Made by a program: the position numbers and the translations under genes
Part shown: piece after piece, positions 12,641 through 24,700 of the stretch
Layout: every line of letters begins with the position of its first letter
How positions within the stretch are numbered: position 1 is the first letter of the stretch
Notes under the pieces: generated by a model
What the model was told of the DNA's origin: nothing
Database searches by the model: none
Seen by the model: the letters and a program-made list of their open reading frames with translations, nothing else
NCBI GenBank assembly: GCA_050084515.1
Contig: CM114271.1
Coordinates: 23,064,001-23,128,000 of the forward strand
DNA: 64,000 nucleotides
DNA from: Blasia pusilla
Taxonomy: Eukaryota
Direction of reading: 5' to 3'

Positions 12641-13237
12641 GCAACCCGCCGGACTCGACGGGTCGTCATACTCAAGGTCGATTCTAGCAACGAAGCTAAA
12701 TGATGCAACCCGCCGAGTCCGACGGATTGCATTCAGATTTGCTTATGCCTGGTTTCAACCCGTCGGACTCCGACGGGTTGTGCAACTGAACATACTAATG
12801 TGAACATAGCAACCCGTCGGAGTCCGACAGGTTGCGTAATTGAGTGTAAACTTGCAATTTGACGCGAAATTTGGGGAACCAACTTCCGAATGCAACCCGT
12901 CGGACTCTGACGGGTTGCTTTGGGGAAAAAACCTTCTAAACCTGCAGTCATTCGAACAACTCGTCGGAGTCCGACGAGTTGCATTCTTCAAAAAACACCC
13001 TGACAAGGCGGCGAGTCGAGCAACCCGTCGGACTCCGACGGTTTGCTTTGGGCCAAAAACTAATTAAATCTTTCCTCAATCAAACAATTCGTCGGAGTCC
13101 GACGAGTTGCATTCTTAAAAAAACATCCGAAATAGCATGCAGTCGAGCAACCCGTCGAAGTCCGACGAGTTGCTTTTGGCAAAAACAAACCTAACCCATT
13201 CATCAATCGAGCAACTCGTCGGAGTCCGACGAGTTGC
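12641..13237. repeat. Intronic array of ten 27-bp palindromes with a ~64-bp period in its right half
   Basis: Copies start at about 12641, 12705, 12756, 12809, 12892, 12956, 13020, 13084, 13147 and 13211. Confidence 0.93.
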
Positions 13238-14836
13238 GTAAGTGTTAAAGATACTCACGTGTTCATGGCATGCATTGCCATCTCCACCGTCGCCATGTGA
13301 TGAGGGAATGGGTGAAGGACCACTGCCTTCACGCAGAAATGTGCCTCCAATGAGTTGGGCCGCTCCTCCGCAAACTTGGTCCACGCCATGAACGTGTGAT
13401 TTCCATCCCAGATGAAGAAATGCAGATTCCTCATGCAGCTGAATTCCGTGCCCTCAACTTGCCTTCTGAAATCCTGGTCTCGCAACCTCCAGAATGTGTC
13501 GAGCTTTTCCAAGTCCTCCTCCGTAACTAGAGCTTGGGTTCCATGCTCGTCGTAAGGCTGAACATAGAAGGGAGGAAAGCTCTCGACGTAGGATGCTATC
13601 GCCGCCGATTGTTTAAGCTTCGCGATGTCCTCGTCGGACTGAATTTCGCGGATGTATTCCATTGTCCGCAATCGGCAGAGTGGAATCCTTGGGGCGTTGT
13701 GGCCCTCCATGAGTGCCATCTGATTTACCACTTGTCAGAACCGGGACAAGATGAATAAGCTACACTGAATTCCCAATGAATTGCAATTCACATAATTCAA
13801 AACACCCAGATCCTCTCTTACCCGCTTGAAAATGGGGTCGGTTTCTTGACCAGCTAACTTGTCTAAGACAGAAGCTGGCAAATCGACTGGGAACTCGTCG
13901 ATCCGATAGAGGTCGATGTCCTCCGCCGGGCTTGGAGTCGAGAATGACCGCTCTCCGGCTTCTTCGGCCATGTCCACCATCTCCACGCTGGCGGTCCTCA
14001 TGACCTCGCCGTCATCGATTTCAACTTGGCGTTTCCACTATGTTGATTGTGTCCCGGACTTCGTGGGGACATTTCCCGCATCTCAACACTTGCGGTTGGA
14101 CGGGCAGGGATATCGTCAATGGCTATCGCTTTTTCCCTCCTCGCTTCATCCAATTCTGCCCTCCTCACCAACGCGTCCAGACGCTTCTTTTCTCTCTTTT
14201 CGTCGACGATCCTTTTCTTCAAGGCCTGCGACGTCTCAACCTCTGCATTTTGTTTATCTAGCGCCTCTTGAACACGTCTCGCAAGAAGCACTTGGTTGTG
14301 CATCTCCGCTTCCCTTTCCCGCTCCTCGATTTCATGCTGCCTAATTTCATTCGCCGAACGAGGCCCAGGAGATGCTGACGCAGGAGTCCTAATGGACTTC
14401 GGAGTGAAGCTCCCAGACTTGTTGGCTTGTGATTTTTTCCTCGTCATTTTTTCCGGAAATGCCTCCACCTATGTCCACGACGAATCCCTTGATCAGTCGC
14501 CTTGCTGATGTCGAGATGGGGAGCTCGAATCGCCTTGATGGGTAGCTCGAATCGTCCCGCGATCGCTCACTCGAACCGTCTCGCTGTCGTTCGGTCGAAC
14601 CGTCTTGCTCTCGTTCCCTCCTATGGACTCGCGATGTGTCGCCGTGTGAAACGCCCCTTCGTATTTGATCAGCTGCTGCGCGGGAGAGTGAGAAATGAAG
14701 ATCGTGAAATGAGAAACCGAAAATGAGCAATTTTTGCCCTATTTATACTTTTGTAGCCGTTGGGCTGACCGTTGGGTCCCATTGTCCTTTCGACGGCGAC
14801 GTGCCGGAGGTTACGGAAGTCCGAACGTGAAAAATG

Positions 14837-15412
14837 GCAACCCGTCGGAGTCTGACAGATTGCGCGCCTCCGCCATCTTAGGTACGTCGCCACGTGCGCG
14901 AGCAACCCATCGGAGACCGATGGGTTGAGCGCCTCCGTCGTCTTCGGAAAAGAACGCGAGGTACCCGCTCAACCCGTCGGAGACCAATATGTTGCGTGCC
15001 TCCGCCGTATTTGGGACGGGAACGGGACGTATCTTGGGCAATCCGTCGAAGACGGTTGGTTTGCACGCTTCCCTCATCAAGGGTTAAGAACGTGGGCTTC
15101 CCGTGCAAGTGATCAGAGTCCGGCTGGCTGCACCACAAGGCGAGGCCCTTGCCCAACCCGTTGGAGGGCGACGGGTTGCACGCCTCGCCGTCTTTGGGCA
15201 AAAAGGTGAGGCACCCGCGGAACTCGTCGAGAACAAACGGTTTGCACGCCTCCGGAATCTTCGGGCAAGAAGGAGCGGTATCCGAGCAACTCGTCGGAGA
15301 GCGACGGGTTGCTCGCTTCGACAATGTTTAGCGAGCGTGCAACCCGTCCGGCCGACGGGTTGCGTGCTTCGTTAGCTTCGGGTATTTTTGAGTTACCAGG
15401 ACTCGACGGGTT
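14837..15412. repeat. Intergenic array of the same palindrome (~65-68 bp units) between the two divergent MULE genes
   Basis: Copies at about 14837, 14902, 14970, 15038, 15154, 15221, 15286 and 15339. Confidence 0.85.
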
Positions 15413-15857
15413 CCAAGTGTGATCGCAACCCTCCGCTTCCCAAATCCGGTAACATATTGCAACAGAATTGAATGTGTTCTGAATTGATCCATTGTGTCAC
15501 ACAATGTCACCCACCGAATTTATCTTGTCTCAGTAAAAATCATCAAGAGTATCATTTCCTATTCACTATAAATTAAAAATTCTCATTCTCATTCTCATTC
15601 TCGTCTCCTCCCGTTGAAATCTTCTTGGAATGGATAATTATTTTAAGCTCACTTGTGGTACTATCATCGCGGCCCTTCCTCAATCGAAATCATTTGACCC
15701 CAAGCTCGTGAGTCTTTCATAGCAAGTGGATGAAAATTTTCGTCTTCGATTTCTTCTCCAATTGGAACCATCTTTGTATCCAAAGATATTAGGTGGACGG
15801 CACGGAAGACATAATAGGTAAGACGGTCCAGCCAAAGGTGACCTCGGACCGTAAAGT

Positions 15858-18800
15858 ATGGAATCTCCTACCTCTAGCAAATGGTCAATACAAAGTTTAC
15901 GGCCACTCGAATTCGCGTCTGTTTCCCAAGTAGACGGTCTAGAATTTCCTAGTGCTCCGAGCTCTACGTTTGCAACTCCAAGCTCTGCAGATCCGGCCGA
16001 CTCAACCGTGACGCTCAGTAACAATGTTGTTCTTCTGAAGAGATTCGGATGTAATCAACCTCCGTGGATCAGCCGGACACCAATCGGGCCCTCTGTCCGC
16101 CTACTCGTTCCTCTTGCGAGTATCAGGCAATAGTTTGCTTTCGTCTCTGGCCTTGAAAATGTTCAAGCACATTCTTGTCAACGAGCTGCCGCCCACGTAC
16201 GATGGTAATTGCATTTTTGAGTTGCCTCCACTTGTTGCTCCTGCTCAAAAGAAGGATGGAGGACGCCTGAAGGGTATGGACAGAAAGTCTGATTGTCATC
16301 GATGGTGCAGGCTTCAATGGACCAATGCTTCAATTCCGGATGGTCCTTGGATTGTCTCCCGCCGCCAATGCGTGGGAGCCTTGAAGTGTAGAAGTCCAAC
16401 ATGCCCGTATTTAGAGCGCAACAGGCGAGTCAATACGTCGCAATTCCCTCCCAAGAATGCAGAAACTCCATACGAGGTCGGTGCCACCATACCGCCGGGA
16501 GGCCATCGATGTCCTCATTCTCAAGCATCGCCCTTCTGCGTTGGAGCGTGTCCTGCATACATATTTTTCATTGTCCACGACTTGGGCTCCACGTCAGAGT
16601 ATACAAGGCTGGTAGTCCATGTTGGCTCCCACACTCATCCTGTGACCGATGCAATTCAAAGACACATCAAGGAGGATGTGGCGAAGAAAGTAGCCAAGGT
16701 CTACAGAAACTCTCCGGGTTCAAAGCCCAGAGTGATCAAGCTCACAACGGCATCACAAATTTGTGAACAATTGCTTGGAATCCCTGGACAGGGCAAGATC
16801 ACGGCGGTTGAGGAGAAACAACTCTGGGAAAATCTCGCATTTCTCGCTGATCCTGAATGCTTCCGGAATTTGCCGTCGATACGAGTTATGGATGGAAAGA
16901 CGGCCGAAATGGATGCCATCGCCAAAATCAAGGCAAACTCCAGATTTCCATTCATTCAGAGATGGTAGTTCATGGGCCAAGGAGGCGAGGGATCCAGGGC
17001 CTATGTCTTCAAAATGTCAACCACAGGTCCGTCGAGTGGCCTCAATCTTATAGATCGAATGAGGGAAGAGGAAGATCTTTACGGGAGCTGGGTAAGCTTT
17101 GATATTTGCTACAGAGTGCTGAACGGATGGTTGACGATGGGTGCTCACGTTTATGACCATGTGGAGAAGGGACTCAAAACTATAGTTGTTTGTGAAGTAA
17201 AGGCAGAAGACGTTGGCAGTTTGAAGATGTGCTGGTTACTCTTATTGGAGGTGGTGAAGGAAAACAAAAGGCCACGTCCGGAAATTTATGGGTTCATGGC
17301 GGACAATGCACAACCTGGGTGGATTGCTATTCGGGAAGTGTTATGGGGTGGAAGGTTCAACCGGAGAGGGAAAGGTCGGATGCTTTCCATTGGCAACAGT
17401 CTATGACCCAGTACACCAAATCTTGCATCAAGGAGAATAAGAGGACAGAGCATGTGACTCTACTCCAACGCTGCAAGGACAGCAAAACCTTGAAGCAGGC
17501 CATGGAATGCCAGGAAGAACTTCATGGGTGGTGGAGGAAGCATGCGATTGAGGGGAAGTACAAAGAGTTGCGCTCTTGGTTGAGTTGGTGGACTGAACGT
17601 ATGAGACAATGGGGAAACTTCATGCGGCAGGTGAGATCACTATTTTGTCTTGTCAAGCTCACGCTGAGAATTGTTTGTAAAGTTGTAGCTCAGGGTGAGA
17701 AGCGTGGGAACTATATGGATTTCAAACCCAAGAAACCAAGCAAGCTGTCGGATGCGACGGGTTGCCCGAGTGTGCAACCCGACGGAAACCGACGGGTTGC
17801 CCGAGTGTGCAACCCGACGGAAACCGACGGGTTGCCCGAGTGTGCAACCCGACGGAAACCGACGGGTTGCATCCAGATGCCTCGGCCTTGCATTGGATGC
17901 CTCGGCCTTGCAACCCGTCCGGTTCCGACGGGTTGCAGTAGGTGGGTTTAAGGTTACAACACGTCGGGACCCGACGGGTCGTAGAGTCGTTCATGGGATA
18001 TCTCGGGCCTACAACCCATCTGGTTCCGATAGGTCGCTTATTTCTTTGACTCTTGAGTTATTTTTCGTTCCCTTCTAACATTGTCGTCGTTGCAGGGATT
18101 GAACGTTCATGAAAATGCCCTCTGCCCCAACACAAGTGGAGCAGAAAGTGTTCATTCCTCTTGGAGGTCGTAACAAGCATGCCAATGAATTTCACTTGTG
18201 GAGGCATGCCAACAAGACCAAGCAAGAGCAATGCTACAGTCTACAGCATCCCATATCTTCCTCACAAAAGGCATAACAAAAGAAAAGGGGCCGTCGATCT
18301 ACGAGCTCTATGTCAAGGCGGCTGTGAGATCTGGTGATGAAAAATTGTATGTGGAAGCCTTCAACCGGTGCGTAGTTGGAACTCCACTCGAGCAAGACGT
18401 ACACATTGGTGGGGATATTCGTGGGCGGGTTTCAAGACGTCCCATACAGATGGTGGTAGAGCAGTCCGAGCGAGACTCGTGGAGACCAGATAAGTATCTT
18501 GACTTCAGGCAGGTGAAGAGGCAACATCGAGGAACGAATCCGGTGATTGATTTGGATGAGGAAATTACACCGCCCAGGTATTCGGGGACCCCGGACCCGT
18601 CCCAAATCCATGATGGAGTTACTTCTCCAAAATCAGTGAATGTTTTATTTCAAAAGCCCTCCGTTCTTTGGAAGTTCGCAACATCCCGTCACCGGGTGGT
18701 TCAACAATATGGAATTCGGTAATGGAGGTGGATTGCAACCTAAAACGGTGGCATATATCTGGAGCAACCCAGACGTGGACCCCCTGCGGCAGGCAGATCG

Positions 18801-19580
18801 ATGGCATTAAGAGAGCATGCTGCACTTTCCTAAATAAGAATCGCACAAGGATGGGCGACCACTACCTGGGTTTTGGGGACTCAAAACCTTTGATCGTTTC
18901 ACAAGGACCGGGGATCAATTGAATTCCTTCTTCTGCCCAAATGAATCTTGCACTTTCCGGAAGTCTTATCCGGCTGCCATTGGAGCTCCCGGGAATACCC
19001 CCACGATTTGGCCCATCGCCGCAGTACGAATCGCACTCAAGACGAAATGGACAATCTTACTAGTGCCGGTTTGACTCGAGGCGGGGAAGTTCAGAGCATG
19101 TTAGCATTACTGAGACCTTCAGATTTAGTATTCAACCCAAGATTGATGTCAACATGTACCGGAGAAGGTGGATGATCTCAATCCATTATTTGTGTTTGAG
19201 TCTAGAAATGGGGTGAAGAGAAACAGAATGTGCAGCCCAACGGTGGAGAGAGCAAAGCGAATTGCATAAGCTCGGGAGGCAAAAATGGAGATCGTCGCCA
19301 CGAAAGATGTCTTGAGTGGCAATGGAATAGGAAGGATGTATTGGGTCAGAACAACATCAGAATTCAAGTGTCACAAGATGTGGTGCACATCTGTTGCTTT
19401 CCCACATGTTCATGTGATGACTTTGTCCAACGAGAGACAAGTGGCAAAAGGTATTTCCCTTGTAAGCACATGTACTATGTGTTGCTGGTAGTTTTAAGAG
19501 AGTCAGAGGTAGGAGTAGGAATCCACCAACAAATTCTGTCCCTCAAAGAAGTGCGAAGTATTTTAAAAAAACCACTTTGA
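15858..19580 (+). pseudogene. MULE transposase with GCM/WRKY-like Zn domain, DDE core and SWIM finger
   Basis: CVGALKCRSPTC...HVGSHTHPV; WVSFDICYRV (first D); GFMADNAQPGWIAIREV (second D); DAFHWQQS (CxxH position); PNTSGAESVHSSW (E, ~18127-18165); SWIM PTCSCDDF...CKHMYYV. Intron 17631-18095. Stops and frameshifts present; start position uncertain. Confidence 0.85.
17755..17980. repeat. Palindrome array inside the transposase intron (34-bp tandem unit x3 plus degenerate copies)
   Basis: GCAACCCGACGGAAACCGACGGGTTGC repeated with a CCGAGTGT linker. Confidence 0.9.
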
Positions 19581-19942
19581 GGATGCAAAACGAGGTTTTA
19601 GATTGTACTTTTATTTTTCCTGAATCTTCACTATGAGCTTGAACTCTATTTAGCCCGGGGCAAATGATAAATTTTTTCCAGACCTTGGATGGGAAAAGTG
19701 ATTGGTTCCACACTTGTGATTCCACTGATTTTTCAGTTTTCTAAATTTTGTGCAATTTGCAACTCGTCGGACTCAGAGGGGTTGCCAAAATATGGAAGAG
19801 GAAAAAAAAACTGTGGGACTGCTTCATAACTGAACAAAAAAGTGCAAAAAAATTCAAACAAAAATTTTCCTCTCTTCAACCCAACGGAAACTCTCTTAAA
19901 AAAAAAGCATCTATTTCGGTTCAAGGTAGTTTCCTCTCTCCT

Positions 19943-19972
19943 CTCTCCTCTCTTCCTCTCTTCCTCTCCTCT
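19943..19972 (-). repeat. Right subterminal inverted repeat of the MULE
   Basis: Reverse complement of 459-488. Confidence 0.8.
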
Positions 19973-19992
19973 TACCGCACCTTACTCCACAC

Positions 19993-21798
19993 TCACATAG
20001 CGTAGCGGCCAGCTGGAACACCTTGGCGAGTGTACCTCCCAATATCATAACATCGGAAGCAAAAAATAGAGGAGCACGGTACACCATTGTGGCCGCTCCC
20101 AACATCGTACTCGACACATGCTCCTCCTAAGCATCAGCAATAGGAGTCATCCCATTCGTTTCTCCCATCATCCTTTGTGCCTCCACACCAATAACATCAC
20201 CAACTCTTCGGGAACTCTAATCAGGACCTATCGATGAGGTCCTCATCGCCTCGTACATCGTGAAAGACTGAGAAAGCCTAGTCTATTTCTTGGCTTCCTC
20301 CGGTTGTTGATCCAACTCTGCGGCTGCTCCACATGTCACAATTGCGGGGGCCTCCATCTGGGCAACCCCGCACATCCAACCAGGATCCTCCATATCTCTG
20401 GCGGCTCCATAAGACATCGATGCCACGGATCCGGCATCGGGTAACCTCAATGCCATAGTGGCAATCTGATGTTGTAGGTGCTGTATCTGAGCAACCATCT
20501 CTGCTTCATGTCTGGGGTCTCCCTCGATGCGTCTAGGTGGTGGGACTCTACCTCCTCCATGGGCAACTCCACCACCCCCTCGGGCAAATCCAACTCCTCG
20601 TTCTCCAACGGACCACCTGGTGCACAACCTCTAGGCCCTCGGTCTGGACCTAACTCAAGGTGCAAGCTGAAAAACCTGGCGCGTGTATGACCGTACCTCT
20701 AACAATAGTTACACTGATAACCTCCTCGTGTAGCACCATCTCCTCCTCAATGTTGAGGCACGCGACCACGATCCTAACGAGTGCAATCATGCTGATGATG
20801 GGCTTCACCACATGACCAACAAGTAATCGTAGGCGGATGCTGCTGAGCCGCATATAAAGGTGCAGGTCTTTGTGGCAAGACCTCCTGGTATCCTCCCTCA
20901 GCTTGTGGTGCCACAATCAAACTATCTTGAAGTCCATGTTGCTGCACTAGTGGTGTAGGCAATTATCACCGCTCTCACCCAGAACCCATAGTGGCTACGC
21001 TCTCCTCCGCCATGTTGCGCTCAATATTCTAGGCAGTCCTAAAAACATCTCTCAAAGTAGGGAGGTGTTCATAAGAAGCACCCTCCCGCACCCTTCTCCA
21101 CAAGGTTCGCTCCAGCATCGCATACCATGATTGGATAGCCTAAGCCTCTCTTACCTCCTGAGTGACGTTGATCAATCAGCGCAAGTGAGTGTAAGCCTCA
21201 TGCAAACTCTCACCCGGGCGCCTGTGGAAGTCGTGGATGCTCCGCAACTTCTCCGTCCGTACCCCCTGGTAGCTCGCCCTCAACTCAGCGAAGAACTCAA
21301 CCACGAGGTTGAACTTGGGACAAACCTGACTAGATAGTGCAACTGCTACACTATAAGTGACCCCTCCTAAAAAAATCACTAGTGGAAGAAGAAGTAGCCT
21401 CTCGTCACTCCTCCTCCTCATCTGAATTATTTTACACCTTATTTTACAAAGAGAGAATGAGCTCTCAAACTCTCTCTACTTGAGGTATACTCTCTTCCCT
21501 CTCCCAAGCTCTCTCCTCGGTAACCTATGCTCGTAGGTTATCTCCTTGGCTCTTGATCTGCTGTAGCACGTCAAGGGCCTATTCCCAAAGTCGAAATTCA
21601 ACTCTACCAAATATAGAAACTTACCCAAAATAGTAAGTTTCTCTATATGGCTCCAAATGAGCCGAAACGGAGGGGAAACCTGCTCTCTCAGGTCTCCCGG
21701 GACCTGAGGAGGTCATCCTCAACCTCCTAAGCATGTCCTTCTCTATTCATGAAGGCGCTCTACCAGATCTCTCAGATCTATCCTAAAAAGTCGTGACA
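19993..21798 (-). mobile_element. Right half of the interrupted Gypsy copy: gag with Zn knuckles and an LTR fragment
   Basis: CWSCGEAHHQHDC knuckle; homologous to 24500-25970 (+). LTR end (minus strand TGTCACGACTTTTTAGGATAG) near 21798. Confidence 0.85.
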
Positions 21799-24700
21799 CC
21801 TTTCTGAATCTGTGGGAATCCATGTAAATTCAAAAAATCGGTCCGTTGTGTCCTTTTCGTTTGTAAGATGTACTAAAAGGAATCGGTTGGAAAGCCACTA
21901 TCAACGAGCAGTTCCAACTAGAAGGCGGTTTTTTGAGGTCGCTTGTGATCCAAGGAAGCTGCCCATGGGACCCAGCCCTTAGGGGTTCTATCCCATCTTT
22001 TAGGATAGATCAGTGAGATCTAGTAGAGCGCCTTCGTGAGTAGTGCACGACATGCTCAATAGGGCAAGGATGACCTGTTGAGGCCCCGAGAAACCTGAGA
22101 GAGAAAGTTTCCCTTTTGTTTTGGCTCATTTGGAATCATATTGAGAAACTTACTATTTTAGGTAAGTACCATTTTGAATATATGATTGACGTTTTACTTT
22201 TGGTAAGTGGCCCTTGACCTCCTACATCAGGTCAAGAGCCAGGGAGGTGACTTGGGAGCATAGGTTACCATGGAGAGAGCTTGGGAGACGGAAAGGTATA
22301 CTTTTAGGAGGGAGAGCTTGAGAGCTCATTATCTCTTTGTTGAACCTCTTCGTATGAAGCGGCAGAGCTATGGTCTTGTTTGCCTTGTGTGTAACCCAAG
22401 CCTCTCATTAGGAGAGTGGGTTTGGTTTGACATTGAGAGAGATATGTGAGAGTGCACACATGTGAGAACTATGGTGTTGTGAGAGAGATTGGATCTTATT
22501 TTACAAAGAGAGAATGAGTGAGTGAGAGAGCTTCATTGGGGAGCTCACTTGTCGCTCGCTGGTTTTGCAGGTTGGGGATCGCCATTGGGGAGCTCACTCG
22601 TCGCTCGCTGGTTTTGCAGGTTGGGGATCGTATTCCCCGTTCAATGGTTCATGGGAGTGCTCACCGGAGCAAGAGCCGCTTACTTGTGATGTTTCCTTTG
22701 CCGATTTTTCATGTGGAAGAGTGGCGCACGGAAGCGCTGCCCAATTTTTGATAGGGATTGAGTATAGGAGCGGGTTGCCCCATGCCGGTGCTTTCAGGAG
22801 CACCATGTAGCTTGCAAGATTGACTTTGTCATATATTGTGAAGTTGTGCACGTTGTGCAACAAATAATGCGCAATTTGGAGTTACAAGCAAAAATTTATG
22901 GTCAATCTTGCAAAACTGCCATTGCTAGGTGATTTTTAGGGTTAAATTGTTCAAACCCAAACCAAGTGCCACGCCAGCAACGGCCATCGCCATCATAGTC
23001 ACCATCAACGGTCAACCATCACTATTGACAGTCAACCATCACCATCAGCAGTTTGTCGTCACCATCAACGATCCACCGTTGGCCGCTGTCGTCGCCTAGC
23101 ACGGCAGAGAGCCGCGTTCAGCCGTTGTCCACCCTTTGGTTGCCATTGCTGCCATTACGGAGTGGAGGGTCTTCCACAACCACCGTTGATTCTCTGACTT
23201 GCACCGCCATCACGTACTTTGGTTTGGCCGTCACCATCATCACAAATTTTTCATCAACCAGTGCTCGAAGGTTACGGGTTATGGTGTTTGAGTTTTCATT
23301 TCATGTTGCTATGTTGGAATTGGCAGCCGTTGGATGATGATCGAGTACCGTGTCCTGACGCCCGTAACCGCAACACGCCGCTGATTGCCGCGCCGTGTTG
23401 CTTGTGGCCGCACCGGACCATCTCGATTGCGGAGCCGCTCCTTCACTAAGGTGCACAACATGAGAATTGCTGATTGAGGAGGGTATGTCGGCGAGTGCCG
23501 TGCCATTCTGTGCGCTAGTGCCGCATCGGAGCATTGGACATGCACCGCACATCGAGGAGGTTGGGGCAATGTCAGTACAAGAGGAGTACGACTCGCTGAT
23601 TGGAGGATTTGTCTTCACGACCGAGTTGGCATCGAGATTTGCAGTTGCCCAGGAGCGACATCGACATTATTGTCAGGTTACCCATTCTGGTCTCTTACCC
23701 TACACGTGTAAGGGATTTTCGGATATTGGGAAGCTATTTGGGATATTGGGTTTCGTGCTGATGCTAGGAGCATCGATGATGTATGGATTTAGGGGACGTA
23801 GATCTGTGTGAGATGTCTAGACTGTTGAGGATGGTTTGTCGATGAGACGATAGATTGGTTGATTTGCCGCACCATGCTGCTTGTTACCGCACACGACACG
23901 TCTCAGTGCGAGAGTGTAGATTGAGTGCCGCATGTTTAGTTTGAGTGATTGAGGGATTTCTCACGAGATTGAGAGTGATTGTGTGAGAGGGGCACGAGGA
24001 CCATCACGGCGTCCTTTCGAGATTTTGAGAGGCGAGGTAGTGGACGTGAGAGTAGCTTTGGAGGGTTTACTTGGAGTCGTGCAAGGTTTCAAGGGTCTCC
24101 ACATGAGAGACCACCTTGATCTCCTTCTCTGTCGTCTTCAGACGAGGAGGAGCATATAGAAGAGTGTATTAGTGATCGACCGTACACATTGAGTGGTCCT
24201 ACCAGTTGGGCGTATGAGATGGACGACCAGGGTAGAGGACCGCATAGGTTTTCAAGTATTGTAGGCAGTATAGAGCTACACGACTTCATTGCGGATTTTA
24301 GGAGTTGGTTTGACTCATAGTGGCTAGGAACTCTAGAGAGTTCAACCCGTTTATAGCATGGAATGGTATATTCCAGCATTAAGAGGGGGCGCCCATGGAC
24401 GATTACCATGAGTTCTCCCACAGATATGCCCAAGAGATTGAGGCATGGCGATTCTACTATGATCCACACTATGTGTCATAGACGGAACCGTGCCCAGATG
24501 AGGAGGAGGATTCAAGAGAGGCTACTTCCTCTTCCACTAGTGATGTTTTAGGAGGGGTCACTCGCACTGGAGCAATTGCACCATCTAGTCGGGTTTGCCT
24601 GAGGTTCAACCCGTGGTTGAGTTCTTTGCTGAGTTGAGGGCGAGCTACCAAGGGAGTACGGACGGAGAAGTTGCAGAGCATCCTTGACTTCCAGAGGCGC

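Larger units (their letters stand above)
9564..14447 (-). pseudogene. Spliced MULE accessory gene: charged/coiled-coil N-terminus, ParB-like domain, beta-class N4-C/N6-A DNA methyltransferase fold
   Basis: Approximate exons 14447-13821, 13719-13259, 12596-10586 and 10072-9564 with GT-AG introns. ParB-like: RIPLCRLRTMEYIREIQSDEDIAKLKQS...FFIWDGNHTFMAW. MTase motif IV-like: VDLLIADLPSG...FADAYLSDKGCFLVL (~10720-10876). SAM-binding half: REKSPALMQTLIELCSRPGDLVFDLV*LSGASIKGAWQSGRNILCLE (~9770-9915). Several stops and frameshifts. Confidence 0.7.
428..19983. mobile_element. Mutator-like (MULE) DNA transposon, ~12.2 kb without the nested chromovirus, with two divergent genes
   Basis: 9-bp direct repeat ACTCCACAC at 419-427 and 19984-19992. 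Removing the insert restores the host retrotransposon sequence (compare 25930-25972 joined to 27243 onward). Subterminal 30-bp inverted repeats and MULE DDE and SWIM motifs are present. Confidence 0.9.

Noticed and set aside
12733-13194. Repetitive ORFs (QPVGLRRV, ATRRTPT), also at 14878-15375 and 17695-18078
   Set aside because: Translation artefacts of the palindrome arrays in non-coding DNA.
12641-13237. CRISPR array (27-bp palindromic repeats with ~37-bp spacers)
   Set aside because: The spacers are related to each other (alternating A/B types), the array lies in a spliceosomal intron of a eukaryotic transposon, and no cas-like gene is visible.
428-19983. Classification as Sola or Zisupton/KDZ
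   Set aside because: The 9-bp TSD and the D-D-(CxxH position)-E motifs with a C-terminal SWIM finger fit Mutator better.
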